A DNA stretch of 55,633 nt from a virus (taxonomy: Duplodnaviria > Caudoviricetes), in IMG/VR virus record IMGVR_UViG_3300024239_000352, positions 1 through 55,633 of that record; one strand, written 5' to 3'. Under the pieces are notes generated by a model that was not told the DNA's origin, searched no databases, and worked only from the letters and a program-made list of their open reading frames with translations. Below are positions 38,588 through 48,193 of this stretch, piece by piece (the stretch's first letter is position 1; every line of letters begins with the position of its first letter). Made by a program: the position numbers and the translations under genes.

Positions 38588-39144
38588 ATAGAATTACAAA
38601 AGACATTGGACCGTATGTAAAGGTCACATTTAAGCGCCAATTACCCTACTCAATTCCTGGTCAATGTGTCAAGCTCGACGGAAAGTGGTTCGCAATTTAC
38701 GAAGTCAATCCAGGTGATTTTAGTATCTTGGTCAACAAGAATTCACATTATGCTGAAAATGACCCTCAGGAAATTTCAGAACCCCTGGGAGAAGGTTTTA
38801 CAGCCTCGCTGTGCAAACGTGCCATTGTCGTAGGAGGAGGCACAGGAATTGGCGCCGTCATGCCGGTCATCAAGAACAGAAATCGGCATGGTCTTTCAAC
38901 TGATGTGATTTTTTATACCCGAGGCGACATTTCTCCCATTAGGTTGGATCAGGCTACCATTGGTATGTGCAGGAATGTAATTTTCTGGGACACGACAAAA
39001 CAAGGTCGTCCTTCGACGCCGCTGGAGCCTCTTGTCGATAAGCAGGCTGAATCGACCATCTTCGTCGCAGGCCCAAAGTCACTTGTTACAGCGACTGAAG
39101 AGGCAGCTCGCAACTACAATTTTGATTGTTACACTAATTTTTGA
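38584..39144 (+). CDS. FNR-family NAD(P)H/flavin oxidoreductase
   Basis: PGQ; PLGEGF; VGGGTGI; FVAGP; terminal aromatic residue (TNF). Confidence 0.75.
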   Translation: MNRITKDIGPYVKVTFKRQLPYSIPGQCVKLDGKWFAIYEVNPGDFSILVNKNSHYAENDPQEISEPLGEGFTASLCKRAIVVGGGTGIGAVMPVIKNRNRHGLSTDVIFYTRGDISPIRLDQATIGMCRNVIFWDTTKQGRPSTPLEPLVDKQAESTIFVAGPKSLVTATEEAARNYNFDCYTNF

Positions 39145-39163
39145 AAAGTACATAAGTACTTTT
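39144..39163. promoter_or_regulatory. Palindrome, candidate operator
   Basis: AAAAGTAC-ATAA-GTACTTTT directly upstream of a small RHH-like gene. Confidence 0.5.
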
Positions 39164-39182
39164 GAACCTGAAAGAGATACAT

Positions 39183-39353
39183 ATGACCATGAAACAATCG
39201 AAGATCTCGTTAAATGAAGAGACTCATCGAATGCTGAAGGTGTACTGTGCGAAGCACGGATTATTGATGAGTCAATTCGTTTCGGAGATCATTCGAGAGA
39301 GGATTGGCTATGTGGACGACAAAAACGGTTCAGGAGATGCCGACAACCCCTAA
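39183..39353 (+). CDS. Small ribbon-helix-helix-like DNA-binding protein
   Basis: SKISLNEETHRMLKVYCAKHGLLMSQFVSEIIRE. Confidence 0.65.
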   Translation: MTMKQSKISLNEETHRMLKVYCAKHGLLMSQFVSEIIRERIGYVDDKNGSGDADNP

Positions 39354-39969
39354 ACTGATGGGGATCTATCAAATCACTAATATAGTCAACGGGAAAAGGT
39401 ATATTGGAAAAAGCAAGAATATACGTAGGCGGTGGATGGAGCACATTCGCAATAATCGAATAGGAAATTCAGTTAATAAACACTTCCAATGTGCTTGGAC
39501 CATGTATGGTGAAGATAAATTTTTATTTGAAGTTCTTGAACAAATCCAAGATGAAGCTCAGCTTGGATTGAGAGAAAAGATTCTTGTAGAAGAGAAAATG
39601 CCTGAGTATAATGTCTCTATTGTAGACGAAGGTCAATGGACTTTAACAAACGAAAAAATTGAGAAATGTCGACAAATTAGACTTAATGCTGATCCTTCTT
39701 GGAACAAGAAGATAGGTAATTCTCTTCGTGGAAAAAAGAAAAGTGACGAACATGTAAGTAAGATGCGAAAAAGTCTTACTGGAAGGAAAGCAACCCCTGA
39801 ACAGATCGAGAAAATTCGTAAGGCTTCAACAGGTCGACTTGTTTCTGAGGATGCAAAAAAGAAAATTGCAGACAAGGCAAAAGGAAATCAAAGATGGAAG
39901 CTTCGAACGCCACAGTGGCGGGAGAACATGATTGCAGGCGTCAAGAAAAGATGGGAAAGGTACAGAAAA
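39337..39969 (+). mobile_element. GIY-YIG homing endonuclease with NUMOD3-like repeats, in frame with the downstream NDT gene
   Basis: GIYQITNIVNGKRYIG..RW..H; FEVLE; YN; SDEHVSKMRKS..G repeats; no stop before 39970. Confidence 0.85.
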
Positions 39970-40446
39970 ATGAAAAATGAAAATACTTTTGGTAAAAAAC
40001 TTGCATGCTATCTCGCTAGCGGTTGGTTTTCGCCCGATCAGGACAAGCAGCTGACAAAGCTCGAAAATGTATTTGACAGTCGAGCTGAGTGGATCTCTTT
40101 GGCTTCGCCACGAAGGATCTTCGTCTGCCCACCAGACGCATCCCTGGAGGTCCAAGACAGCGTCTTCAACGGCAATGTTGAGCACATCAAGAAGGCAGAT
40201 TTCTGTCTCGTCAACACGACATATCGTGATATCGGTACGATTTGGGAGGCTGGCGCTGCATATGCCTATGGCACAAAGATCGTTTACTTCTGCGAAAATC
40301 TTCCACCTGGTGCAAAGTTCAATTTGATGCTTAGTAGAAGCGGCATCAAGGTTTGCACTACATTCGAACAGCTCGAGGACTACCTTGAAAGGTGCAAGGC
40401 TGCCGGTGAGATGTTGTACGAACCCTACGACAAGGAAATTGAGTGA
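39970..40446 (+). CDS. Nucleoside 2-deoxyribosyltransferase / nucleotide N-hydrolase (NDT/RCL/MilB-like)
   Basis: YLASGWFS; N..HI..AD; DIGTIWEAGAAYA; FNLML; own ATG at 39970. Confidence 0.82.
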   Translation: MKNENTFGKKLACYLASGWFSPDQDKQLTKLENVFDSRAEWISLASPRRIFVCPPDASLEVQDSVFNGNVEHIKKADFCLVNTTYRDIGTIWEAGAAYAYGTKIVYFCENLPPGAKFNLMLSRSGIKVCTTFEQLEDYLERCKAAGEMLYEPYDKEIE

Positions 40447-40472
40447 GCTAATTCATAGCTAAAATAACTTCG

Positions 40473-40502
40473 AAGGCCATTGTGAAAATCGATGGCCTTT
40501 TT
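40473..40502 (+). terminator. Rho-independent terminator
   Basis: AAGGCCATTG..CGATGGCCTT followed by a T run. Confidence 0.7.
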
Positions 40503-40526
40503 AGCATTTGTATATATGTATTTTTC

Positions 40527-41447
40527 ATGGACACAATAGATACACCAAAAATTGTATGCGAGATTTGCAATACTGCATTTACACACAAGAACACACAGAT
40601 AAGAACGTGCAGTAAAAAATGCAGTTATGAACTGAGAAATAAAACAAGACATCATGTAAAGCATGAACCTGTTCAAAAGAAATGTATTGAATGTCTTGAA
40701 ACCTTCCAAGACTATAGTAAAAAGAAGTTAGTGATCAAATGCCAAAATTGTGTTTATGCAAACATGGCATCAAAAAGAAAACAGAATGGAAGTTATCATC
40801 AAACAGACGAAAGAAAATTACAGCAAAGCCTGCTGATGAAACGTCTTCATCAGGAAAGAGATTTTATCTCTGATGAAGGCATACGTCAATTGTCAGAGAA
40901 AGCTAAAAGCAGGTGGCAGTCAGATGATTATAGGTCGAGTGTCAAGAAACGCAGCCTAGAGAAATATGGCGTAGAGCATTGGACGAAAACTGAAGAGGCC
41001 AGGAAACAACTCAGCGAAAGATCAAAAAAATATAGGGCCTCAGATGAAACGAAGCAGAAGATGAGGGTTAGTGCTGCTAAACGCCTACGTGAAGGTCGTA
41101 ATTTGCACCCATTCCACGGTAAGGGTGGGTACAGACAAGACATTGATCTTTACGTAAGAAGCAGATGGGAGGCTAACTTTGCGAGATATTTGCTTTTGAC
41201 GAATCAAAAATTTGAGTATGAAAAAGTGAGTTTTTCGCTTCGAGATGGAAGAACATATACACCTGATTTCAAAGTTGAAAATATGCTGTATGAAATCAAA
41301 GGATGGTGGACACAAGCTGCAAAAGAAAAATTTGAAATCTTTAAGGAAGATTATCCCGAAGCCGTCGTGCAAATAATAGACGAGGCAAGGTACAATCAGA
41401 TCCAGGATCAGTATGCTGCTTTGATTCCAAACTGGGAATATAAATGA
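40527..41447 (+). mobile_element. Free-standing homing endonuclease (zinc fingers, NUMOD3-like, PD-(D/E)xK)
   Basis: CEIC..CSKKC; CIEC..CQNC; RSRWEANFA; YTPDF; EIKG; ATGA overlap with dnaE. Confidence 0.8.
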
Positions 41448-44400
41448 CCAACATTCTTAGGCCACCTGCGCAGTTCATCAGCCTTCACTCGCACTCACAT
41501 TTCAGTACTTATGATGGGTTAGGGCAACCATCAGATCACATTGATTTTTGTGTCCAAAATGGATTGTCAGGTTGGTCTCTTACCGACCATGGCAACGGCA
41601 ACGGATTGGCCCATGCTCACGCTCACGCCAAGAAGATCATCAAGTCGAAGGGGCACAAGTTTAGGCAACTCTACGGTGTTGAGTTCTACTTCGTTCCTGA
41701 CTTGGCCGATTGGAAGATCAGGTACGACCTCTCCAAGAAAGAGGACTCGAAGAAGGGCGACGATGAAGAAGAAGCAGGCCTGGTCGTTGAGGACGCTGAT
41801 GAGACACGTTCCGACGGAGATCGATTCGTCGATGTCAACAAGCGTTACCACCTTGTGGTTGTCGCAAAGAACAGTGTAGGTCTTTCCAACCTGTTCACTC
41901 TCGTCAAGAAGAGCTACGTCGACGGTTTCTACAAGTTTCCTCGAATCGACTTCAAACTTCTCAAAGAACACGGCGAAGGCCTTGTTGTCTCGACTGCATG
42001 CGTCGGTGGCTATCCCAGCGGCGTCATCTACAGCGAGTTTGGCGACAAGAAGTTCGCCGAGCTTGATCCTTCGCTGGTCGACGACGAAGTCGTGAGGAAC
42101 AGGATCAGAAACAAGCTGGAGAACGTCGTCGATCGCTTCGTCGATTGTGTTGGACACGAAAACTTCTTCCTGGAGCTTCAGTTCAACAAGCTGCCTGCCC
42201 AGGACCTGACCAACAGGATGATGATCGAGACGGCGGCATCAACGGGTTGTAAGCTTCTTTCCACCGCAGACTCACACTATCCAGAACCTGCCCTGTGGGA
42301 GGCCAGGGAGATCTATCGGCAGCTGCAACCTGGTCGCATGAAGATTGGTGTAGAGCCTAAGCCTCTTCCTAAGTTTGAGGAGCTGAAGTGTGAGCTGTAT
42401 CCGAAGAACGCTCAGCAGATGTGGGACGAATATCTAGGCCGTCGCGAAGCCTATGATTGGTACAAAGGAACAGAAGACGCCGTCCGCACCTCCATGGAGA
42501 ATGGCCACGATATCGCCTGGAACCTTTGTGAGGAGATCTGGTTCGACACTTCGGCCAAGCTTCCTACCTTCGGAACACCTGAAAAATCAGGTTTCAAACA
42601 ACTCGTTGACCTCGTCAAGGAAGGTTTGGTCGCTGAGGGTCTCGACAAGAAGCCTGACTACGTTGCCCGTGCCAAGATGGAGTTGGACGACATCAAGTAC
42701 CTGAAGTCTGAGGACTACTTCTTGACCCTGCAGAAGGTGTTCAAGCTGGCCGAAAATCGAACGTTGCCAGGTTCAGGTCGTGGCTCAGGCGCCGGTTCGC
42801 TTGTCAACTACCTGCTAGGCATTACCCACGTCGATCCCCTCAAGTATGACCTGCTGTGGGAAAGGTTCATGGGGCGGCACAGGGTCGGATATCCCGATAT
42901 CGACACAGACGTCGGTGACCGTGACAAGCTGATCGAAGCAGCCAGAGAAATCTTCGGCAATGACGCTGTCGTCCCGGTTTCCAACTTCAATACCTTGAAG
43001 CTGAAGTCGCTCGTCAAGGACGTCTCCAAGTTTTACGGAGTTCCTTTCGATGAGGTCAACGCTGTCACAGGCCCACTCGAGCGTGAAGTGGAGCAGAAGT
43101 CGCGTGATCCCAACATGGAAAAGTCCATGTTCGTCCTGAAGCACGAGGACTGCATGGAGCACTCCGAGAACTATAGGAACTTCATGGAAAAGTATCCTCA
43201 GGTCGAAGAGAAGATCAGGACGTTATTCATGATGAACCGCTCAGTCGGCCGCCATGCCGGTGGTGTCCTGATCTGTCCTCAGCTCGAGAAGCACATGCCT
43301 CTCATCACTGTTCGAGGTGAGCTTCAGACACCATGGACCGAAGGTGTCAACATTCGAAATCTTGAGGAGAACGGATTCCTCAAGTTCGACTTCCTCGGCA
43401 TCAAGCAGATGAAGATGGTGGAGGATTGCATCGCCCGAATCCTGAAGCGCGAGCTGGGTCGTGAGCCGATCTTCGAAGAGATCAAGAAGTTCTACGATGA
43501 GAAGCTCAACTGTCGATACGTCGAACCGAACGACGACAAGGTCCTGAACCACGTCTATCGCAGCAATCGATGGCCAGGCATCTTCCAGTTCACATCTGAA
43601 GGCGCCCGGAAGTTCTGTCACGAGGTCCAGCCGACATCGATCGAGGACATCGGTGTCGTCACGGCAATCTATCGTCCAGGTCCACTCAAGGCCAACGTTC
43701 ACAAGAAATACGTCGAAGCAAAGAAGGACGCATCCAAGGCACAGTACGATCACCCGACCATCAAGGATGTCCTTGGCACGACCTACGGGTTCATTGCCTT
43801 CCAGGAGCAATTCATGATGTTGGCACAGAAGCTCGCCGGATTCTCACCAGGTGAATCCGACAAGATGCGCAAGACTCTTGTCAAGAAGGACCTGACGTCC
43901 CTTGGCAAGAAGTCCGAAGAGAAAGAGGCATTGGAAAAGAAGTTCATCGATGGCTGCATCACAGTCAGCGGCATGGAAAGGTTCAAGGCGAAGGAGCTGT
44001 TCGACAAGATCGCGTTCTTCTCGTTGTATGGTTTCAACAAGTCCCACGCAATTGCCTACGCAATCGATTCGTACTACGGCGCCTGGTTGATGACCTACTA
44101 TGAGACCGATTGGTTGGCAACATGCCTTCAGTCTGAAAATGCCAACGTTGAAGGCCTGGCATGGATGATCTCCGAGATCAAGCAACTTGGCTACAAGACG
44201 TCGACGCCTGACATCAACCACTCTACGAACGAATGGACGTGGTCCGAGAAGCTTCACGCTTTCGTCCCGCCCCTGTCTTCGCTGAAGGGAGTCGGTGAGT
44301 CAGCCGTCGAGGAGATCATTGCAAATCGTCCATACAAGTCGATCGAGGACATGTTGTGGACGCCGGATGGCGTGTGGCGCCACTCCAAGTTCAACAAGAA

Positions 44401-44965
44401 GGCCATCGATGCCCTGCTGAAGATGGAGGCCTTTGAGTCATTGAGGGATCCTGAAACGTGTATCTGGGGCAACTACAGACAGCTCCACTTTGCAATCGTT
44501 GAAAACATGGATACCATCAAAAAATCCACAAAAAAAGATCCGCTGTCTGGTCAGAAGAAATTCTTTGAATTATTGGAGTCGTCACGAGAGATGCCCGATT
44601 GGACCCGTATTGAGAAGATTGAGAATAAGATTTCTTGCTCCGGCACGATGGACATTAGCATGTGTGTTGAGTATGATATACTGCAACGTTTGCAGAACAA
44701 GGGAATTAGGTCTCTTGACGAGATTGATGGAACAGATATTTACTGGTTTGTCGTAAAGAACTCCATTCCAAAGACGACAAAGAATGGAAAGGCATACCTG
44801 CTGTTGGAGGCATTGAGTCCTTCAGGCAAGGTTTCAAAGATCTTCTGTTGGAAATGGGATGGAGAACGGCAGATTGTGCCTTACACGCTGTGTTTGGCTG
44901 AGGTTTCTAAGTCTGACTTTGGAATGTCCACTACATTTTGGAAATTGAATGAGGTTGATCAATGA
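41444..44965 (+). CDS. dnaE: DNA polymerase III alpha subunit (family C)
   Basis: PHP motifs HSHS..DG, TDHG, GVE, ADSHY; GRGSGAGS; PDIDTD; LKFDFLG; FQEQ; FNKSHA. Confidence 0.95.
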   Translation: MTNILRPPAQFISLHSHSHFSTYDGLGQPSDHIDFCVQNGLSGWSLTDHGNGNGLAHAHAHAKKIIKSKGHKFRQLYGVEFYFVPDLADWKIRYDLSKKEDSKKGDDEEEAGLVVEDADETRSDGDRFVDVNKRYHLVVVAKNSVGLSNLFTLVKKSYVDGFYKFPRIDFKLLKEHGEGLVVSTACVGGYPSGVIYSEFGDKKFAELDPSLVDDEVVRNRIRNKLENVVDRFVDCVGHENFFLELQFNKLPAQDLTNRMMIETAASTGCKLLSTADSHYPEPALWEAREIYRQLQPGRMKIGVEPKPLPKFEELKCELYPKNAQQMWDEYLGRREAYDWYKGTEDAVRTSMENGHDIAWNLCEEIWFDTSAKLPTFGTPEKSGFKQLVDLVKEGLVAEGLDKKPDYVARAKMELDDIKYLKSEDYFLTLQKVFKLAENRTLPGSGRGSGAGSLVNYLLGITHVDPLKYDLLWERFMGRHRVGYPDIDTDVGDRDKLIEAAREIFGNDAVVPVSNFNTLKLKSLVKDVSKFYGVPFDEVNAVTGPLEREVEQKSRDPNMEKSMFVLKHEDCMEHSENYRNFMEKYPQVEEKIRTLFMMNRSVGRHAGGVLICPQLEKHMPLITVRGELQTPWTEGVNIRNLEENGFLKFDFLGIKQMKMVEDCIARILKRELGREPIFEEIKKFYDEKLNCRYVEPNDDKVLNHVYRSNRWPGIFQFTSEGARKFCHEVQPTSIEDIGVVTAIYRPGPLKANVHKKYVEAKKDASKAQYDHPTIKDVLGTTYGFIAFQEQFMMLAQKLAGFSPGESDKMRKTLVKKDLTSLGKKSEEKEALEKKFIDGCITVSGMERFKAKELFDKIAFFSLYGFNKSHAIAYAIDSYYGAWLMTYYETDWLATCLQSENANVEGLAWMISEIKQLGYKTSTPDINHSTNEWTWSEKLHAFVPPLSSLKGVGESAVEEIIANRPYKSIEDMLWTPDGVWRHSKFNKKAIDALLKMEAFESLRDPETCIWGNYRQLHFAIVENMDTIKKSTKKDPLSGQKKFFELLESSREMPDWTRIEKIENKISCSGTMDISMCVEYDILQRLQNKGIRSLDEIDGTDIYWFVVKNSIPKTTKNGKAYLLLEALSPSGKVSKIFCWKWDGERQIVPYTLCLAEVSKSDFGMSTTFWKLNEVDQ

Positions 44966-45750
44966 GCAATAATTTTCCTGAGAAAATCGCCGATAGAGAA
45001 AAGTACATCTATGAACAGGTCCTAGCTGGCAATTTTGATGCCGAATGGGTGCCGTTGGAGCACACGGCCGGCGGTAGAACAATAAAGTTCAATGTAATGA
45101 AGGACGCGCTGAAGATTGATGGTGTCAGGGTCAACGTTTCAGCCGAGCTGCAACAAAAGCTGGCTGACGTTTTTGGTGCGTCGCTTTTGACAGCACACAT
45201 CGCCGACTTGATGTTCATCAACGCCGTTCACAGGATTGAACCGTGTCCGATGCAGATTTCTTCGACAGTGGCGTCGATGGTAAAGCACAGCCAAATGGTC
45301 GACACGAAGGTAGGCCAGAATCCAACAGGGCTTGTTGCTTCTCCTGGAAAACACTGGATTCTCGATAAGAAGCTAGATTACAATACTTCTAAATCTTGCA
45401 ACTACGGTTGGCATTTCGTAGGAACAAATTACAAAGGAATTAAAGGACACCCTGCCGCTTCAAAGCAGAACAAGTTGAACGGTGCACCCATATCGGTGAT
45501 TCAGCCAAACGCTTGTGCTCACGACATGAAACATTCTGATTATTCGCAGATCTGTCAGTTAGTTTCACAGATCTGCTGGATTGATGGTGTTGAATACAGG
45601 CTGTCTAACATTTTACAAGATCCTTCCAGATGTGACCTCGTCACCGCAGGCGGACCTTTAATTTACGTTAGACAACCAGGAACTATGCCTATTGTTGGTA
45701 CATCTGTGTTATTTCCTGTTAAGATTACTTCCAATAAAGGAATTGTGTGA
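44962..45750 (+). CDS. Hypothetical protein
   Basis: 262-aa ORF; NYGWH..IQP..H..DYSQ motif. Confidence 0.7.
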   Translation: MSNNFPEKIADREKYIYEQVLAGNFDAEWVPLEHTAGGRTIKFNVMKDALKIDGVRVNVSAELQQKLADVFGASLLTAHIADLMFINAVHRIEPCPMQISSTVASMVKHSQMVDTKVGQNPTGLVASPGKHWILDKKLDYNTSKSCNYGWHFVGTNYKGIKGHPAASKQNKLNGAPISVIQPNACAHDMKHSDYSQICQLVSQICWIDGVEYRLSNILQDPSRCDLVTAGGPLIYVRQPGTMPIVGTSVLFPVKITSNKGIV

Positions 45751-45754
45751 TTAT

Positions 45755-45949
45755 ATGCCGACGTATGAGTATGAGTGCAAGTCATGTAGTCATCAACTTG
45801 AGGCGGAGCAATCGATCAACGATGACCCTCTTGTGACCTGCCCACAATGCCATGCTGATTTCTTGAGAAGATTGATCAGCAGATCTTCGTTTGTGTTGAA
45901 AGGTTCAGGCTGGGCGGCAGACAATTATTCTTCAACGGGTGCAAAATGA
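45755..45949 (+). CDS. FmdB-family zinc-ribbon protein
   Basis: MPTYEYECKSC..CPQC..RLIS..FVLKGSGW. Confidence 0.88.
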   Translation: MPTYEYECKSCSHQLEAEQSINDDPLVTCPQCHADFLRRLISRSSFVLKGSGWAADNYSSTGAK

Positions 45950-46908
45950 GAATACTAGTGACAGGCGGTGCTGGCTTCATTGGAAGCAACTTTGTCAAGA
46001 AGTGTGTCGAAATTAATCATTGCGTCGATGTAGTCGACAATCTTTCGAATGGACATGTCAACTTTGTGCCTAGTTGTTTGAGGCAAGACAACTTTTTTAT
46101 TAGTTCATTTGATTCCGATGGTGTTTTGCAAAGAATTAGAGAAAAAAATTATGATGTTGTTGTTCATCTAGCCGCTGTTCCTCGTGTCAGCTATTCTGTT
46201 GAATATCCATTTGAAACCCATGAAACGAACGTGACTGCGACATTACGTTTATTAGAAGCATGTCGAGGTAACATCAAGAGGTTTGTATTCGCTTCATCTT
46301 CGTCAGTGTACGGCGGCGCCGATGTTTTGCCAACACCTGTTACAGCAAAGAAGGATCCAAAATCACCTTATGCCTTACAGAAGTCTATTGTAGAAGATTA
46401 TTTGAAACTATACAACGATCTTTATGGATTAGATTCTGTTTCTTTACGTTTTTTTAATGTTTTTGGTCCAAATCAGTTAGGCGATTCACCTTATGCGACA
46501 GCAGTGTCTTCATGGCTAAATGCAATTATGCGAGGACAATCAATGAGGTCTGATGGAGATGGTTCACAATCACGTGACATGTGTTACGTTGACAATGTTG
46601 TCGACGCGTGTTTACGTTCATGTGTAGCCAACTCCAGCCTAGGGGCCCTCGCCCTCAACATTGCGTGCGGTGACAGAACGACGAACAAAGAAATCTTGCA
46701 ATATTTATTGAATAAATTTCCTCATGCAAAATATCATGATGCTCCGTGGAGAGCTGGTGATGTCATGCATACCCAGGCAGATATTTCTTTGACAGAAAAC
46801 GTTTTAGGATACAAGCCTCTTGTAAGATTCTGGGAGGGGTTAGACAAGACGATACGATGGCATGAAGAAAATTGGGAAGAAATTTTATCATTATCTGAAA
46901 ACACATAA
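45946..46908 (+). CDS. NAD-dependent NDP-sugar epimerase (GalE/WbpP-like)
   Basis: TGGAGFIG; ASSSSVYG; SPYALQK; LRFFNVFGP; RAGDV. Confidence 0.9.
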   Translation: MRILVTGGAGFIGSNFVKKCVEINHCVDVVDNLSNGHVNFVPSCLRQDNFFISSFDSDGVLQRIREKNYDVVVHLAAVPRVSYSVEYPFETHETNVTATLRLLEACRGNIKRFVFASSSSVYGGADVLPTPVTAKKDPKSPYALQKSIVEDYLKLYNDLYGLDSVSLRFFNVFGPNQLGDSPYATAVSSWLNAIMRGQSMRSDGDGSQSRDMCYVDNVVDACLRSCVANSSLGALALNIACGDRTTNKEILQYLLNKFPHAKYHDAPWRAGDVMHTQADISLTENVLGYKPLVRFWEGLDKTIRWHEENWEEILSLSENT

Positions 46909-46916
46909 GAGGTAAC

Positions 46917-47480
46917 ATGAATAATCCTGTTTTTATAATCTACACAGGTCCGATGATGTCAGCGAAGACCACAGGATTGTTGTCTACTGTGGACAGATAC
47001 AAATATCAAGGAAAAAAAGTTATCGTTTTTAAGCCTAACATCGATGACAGGTACAGTGTCAATGAGGTCTGCACCCATAGCGGATGGAAGATGCCTGCCG
47101 TTTGTGTCAAGTCCGGTACAGATATTCTTGAAAAACTTGCCGACATGGACGACACACCTCAGGTCGTTGCCGTCGATGAGGCGTTCATGATTGCTGGAAT
47201 TGCCGATGTTTTAATCTGGTTATACAGGACAGGTTATTCAATCGTCGTATCTTCTCTTGATTTGTCTGCGACAGGTAAACCTTTTCCAGAGGTTGAAAAA
47301 ATGTTGCCTTGGGCAACACATGTCGAAAAAAGAAGCGCAGTTTGTGTCGTCTGTAGCAAAGATGCCTTTTTTACTTACAAGAAACAGATGAACGACAACG
47401 AGATTGAAATAGGCGGATCTGAGCTATATGAACCGAGATGTCTTAGATGCCATCCAATAGTTTTTGAAGCAGGAAAGTAA
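46917..47480 (+). CDS. tdk: Thymidine kinase
   Basis: GPMMSAKT; KPNIDDRY; VDEA; CVVC..IGG...YEPRCLRC. Confidence 0.9.
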   Translation: MNNPVFIIYTGPMMSAKTTGLLSTVDRYKYQGKKVIVFKPNIDDRYSVNEVCTHSGWKMPAVCVKSGTDILEKLADMDDTPQVVAVDEAFMIAGIADVLIWLYRTGYSIVVSSLDLSATGKPFPEVEKMLPWATHVEKRSAVCVVCSKDAFFTYKKQMNDNEIEIGGSELYEPRCLRCHPIVFEAGK

Positions 47481-47481
47481 C

Positions 47482-47895
47482 ATGCAAAGACCCAGCTGGT
47501 CTGAGACCTGGATGTCGATTGCAAAAGAAATCTCCAAAAGATCTTATGACCCTCAGCTTCAGGTAGGTGCGATTATTGTCTCAGAGGACAACACAAGAAT
47601 GCTGTCTATCGGCTACAACGGTAATTATAAAGGTGGCCCTAATCAAAGAGAATCAACTGATCCTGGTATGGGTGGTTTAATTCATGCTGAAGTAAATGCG
47701 TTGGTCAAGTGCGATTTTAATTTTTCAAAGAAAAAGCATATGTACATCACGCATTCACCATGCAGAGATTGTGCGAAGCTAATTGTCAATGCTGAAATAG
47801 CAAAAGTTGTGTATGGAATTAAGTACAGGGATCTTTCTGGCCTAGAAATACTTAAGTCTGCAGGCGTCAGTGTATTTAATGCTTTGGAAACATAA
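47482..47895 (+). CDS. dCMP deaminase
   Basis: RPSW; VGA; GYNG; HAEVNA; SPCRDC. Confidence 0.92.
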   Translation: MQRPSWSETWMSIAKEISKRSYDPQLQVGAIIVSEDNTRMLSIGYNGNYKGGPNQRESTDPGMGGLIHAEVNALVKCDFNFSKKKHMYITHSPCRDCAKLIVNAEIAKVVYGIKYRDLSGLEILKSAGVSVFNALET

Positions 47896-47908
47896 TTAGA
47901 TTGGACCA

Positions 47909-48193
47909 ATGAAAACCATCAAAGATCAAGAGCTCATCAACATGATGCGCGAAGAGTGGACTAGAAAGGTAAAACTTCTTTCCGAATTTACCAATTTGTT
48001 ATTGCAGACGAAGGTTGATGATAAGCTCGTCAATCCTATAGACGATGAGCTTAATGTTGTCAACAAGAAAAGCAAGGTTAAGTACAAGGTAGTTTCAGTA
48101 GGCACCAACTCTGTGGAGCTAGCACCTCCTGAAGGTGGTGAAGTTTTCACGGTGAATGCAGAAGATTTGGAGGATGATTATGGCCTTAAGTGA
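47909..48193 (+). CDS. Hypothetical late protein with LINMMREE/LSE tag
   Basis: ORF; ATAATTA at 47892. Confidence 0.65.
   Translation: MKTIKDQELINMMREEWTRKVKLLSEFTNLLLQTKVDDKLVNPIDDELNVVNKKSKVKYKVVSVGTNSVELAPPEGGEVFTVNAEDLEDDYGLK

Noticed and set aside
37183-41447. Group I introns or inteins housing the endonucleases
   Set aside because: Flanking genes are complete on either side and there is little non-coding sequence for a ribozyme core; no intein motifs were seen in dnaE, nrdJ, recA or the helicase.
36256-44472. Long antisense ORFs (e.g. 36256..36885, 41567..42157, 43241..43810)
   Set aside because: Shadows of strongly codon-biased sense genes, with no motifs or initiation signals.
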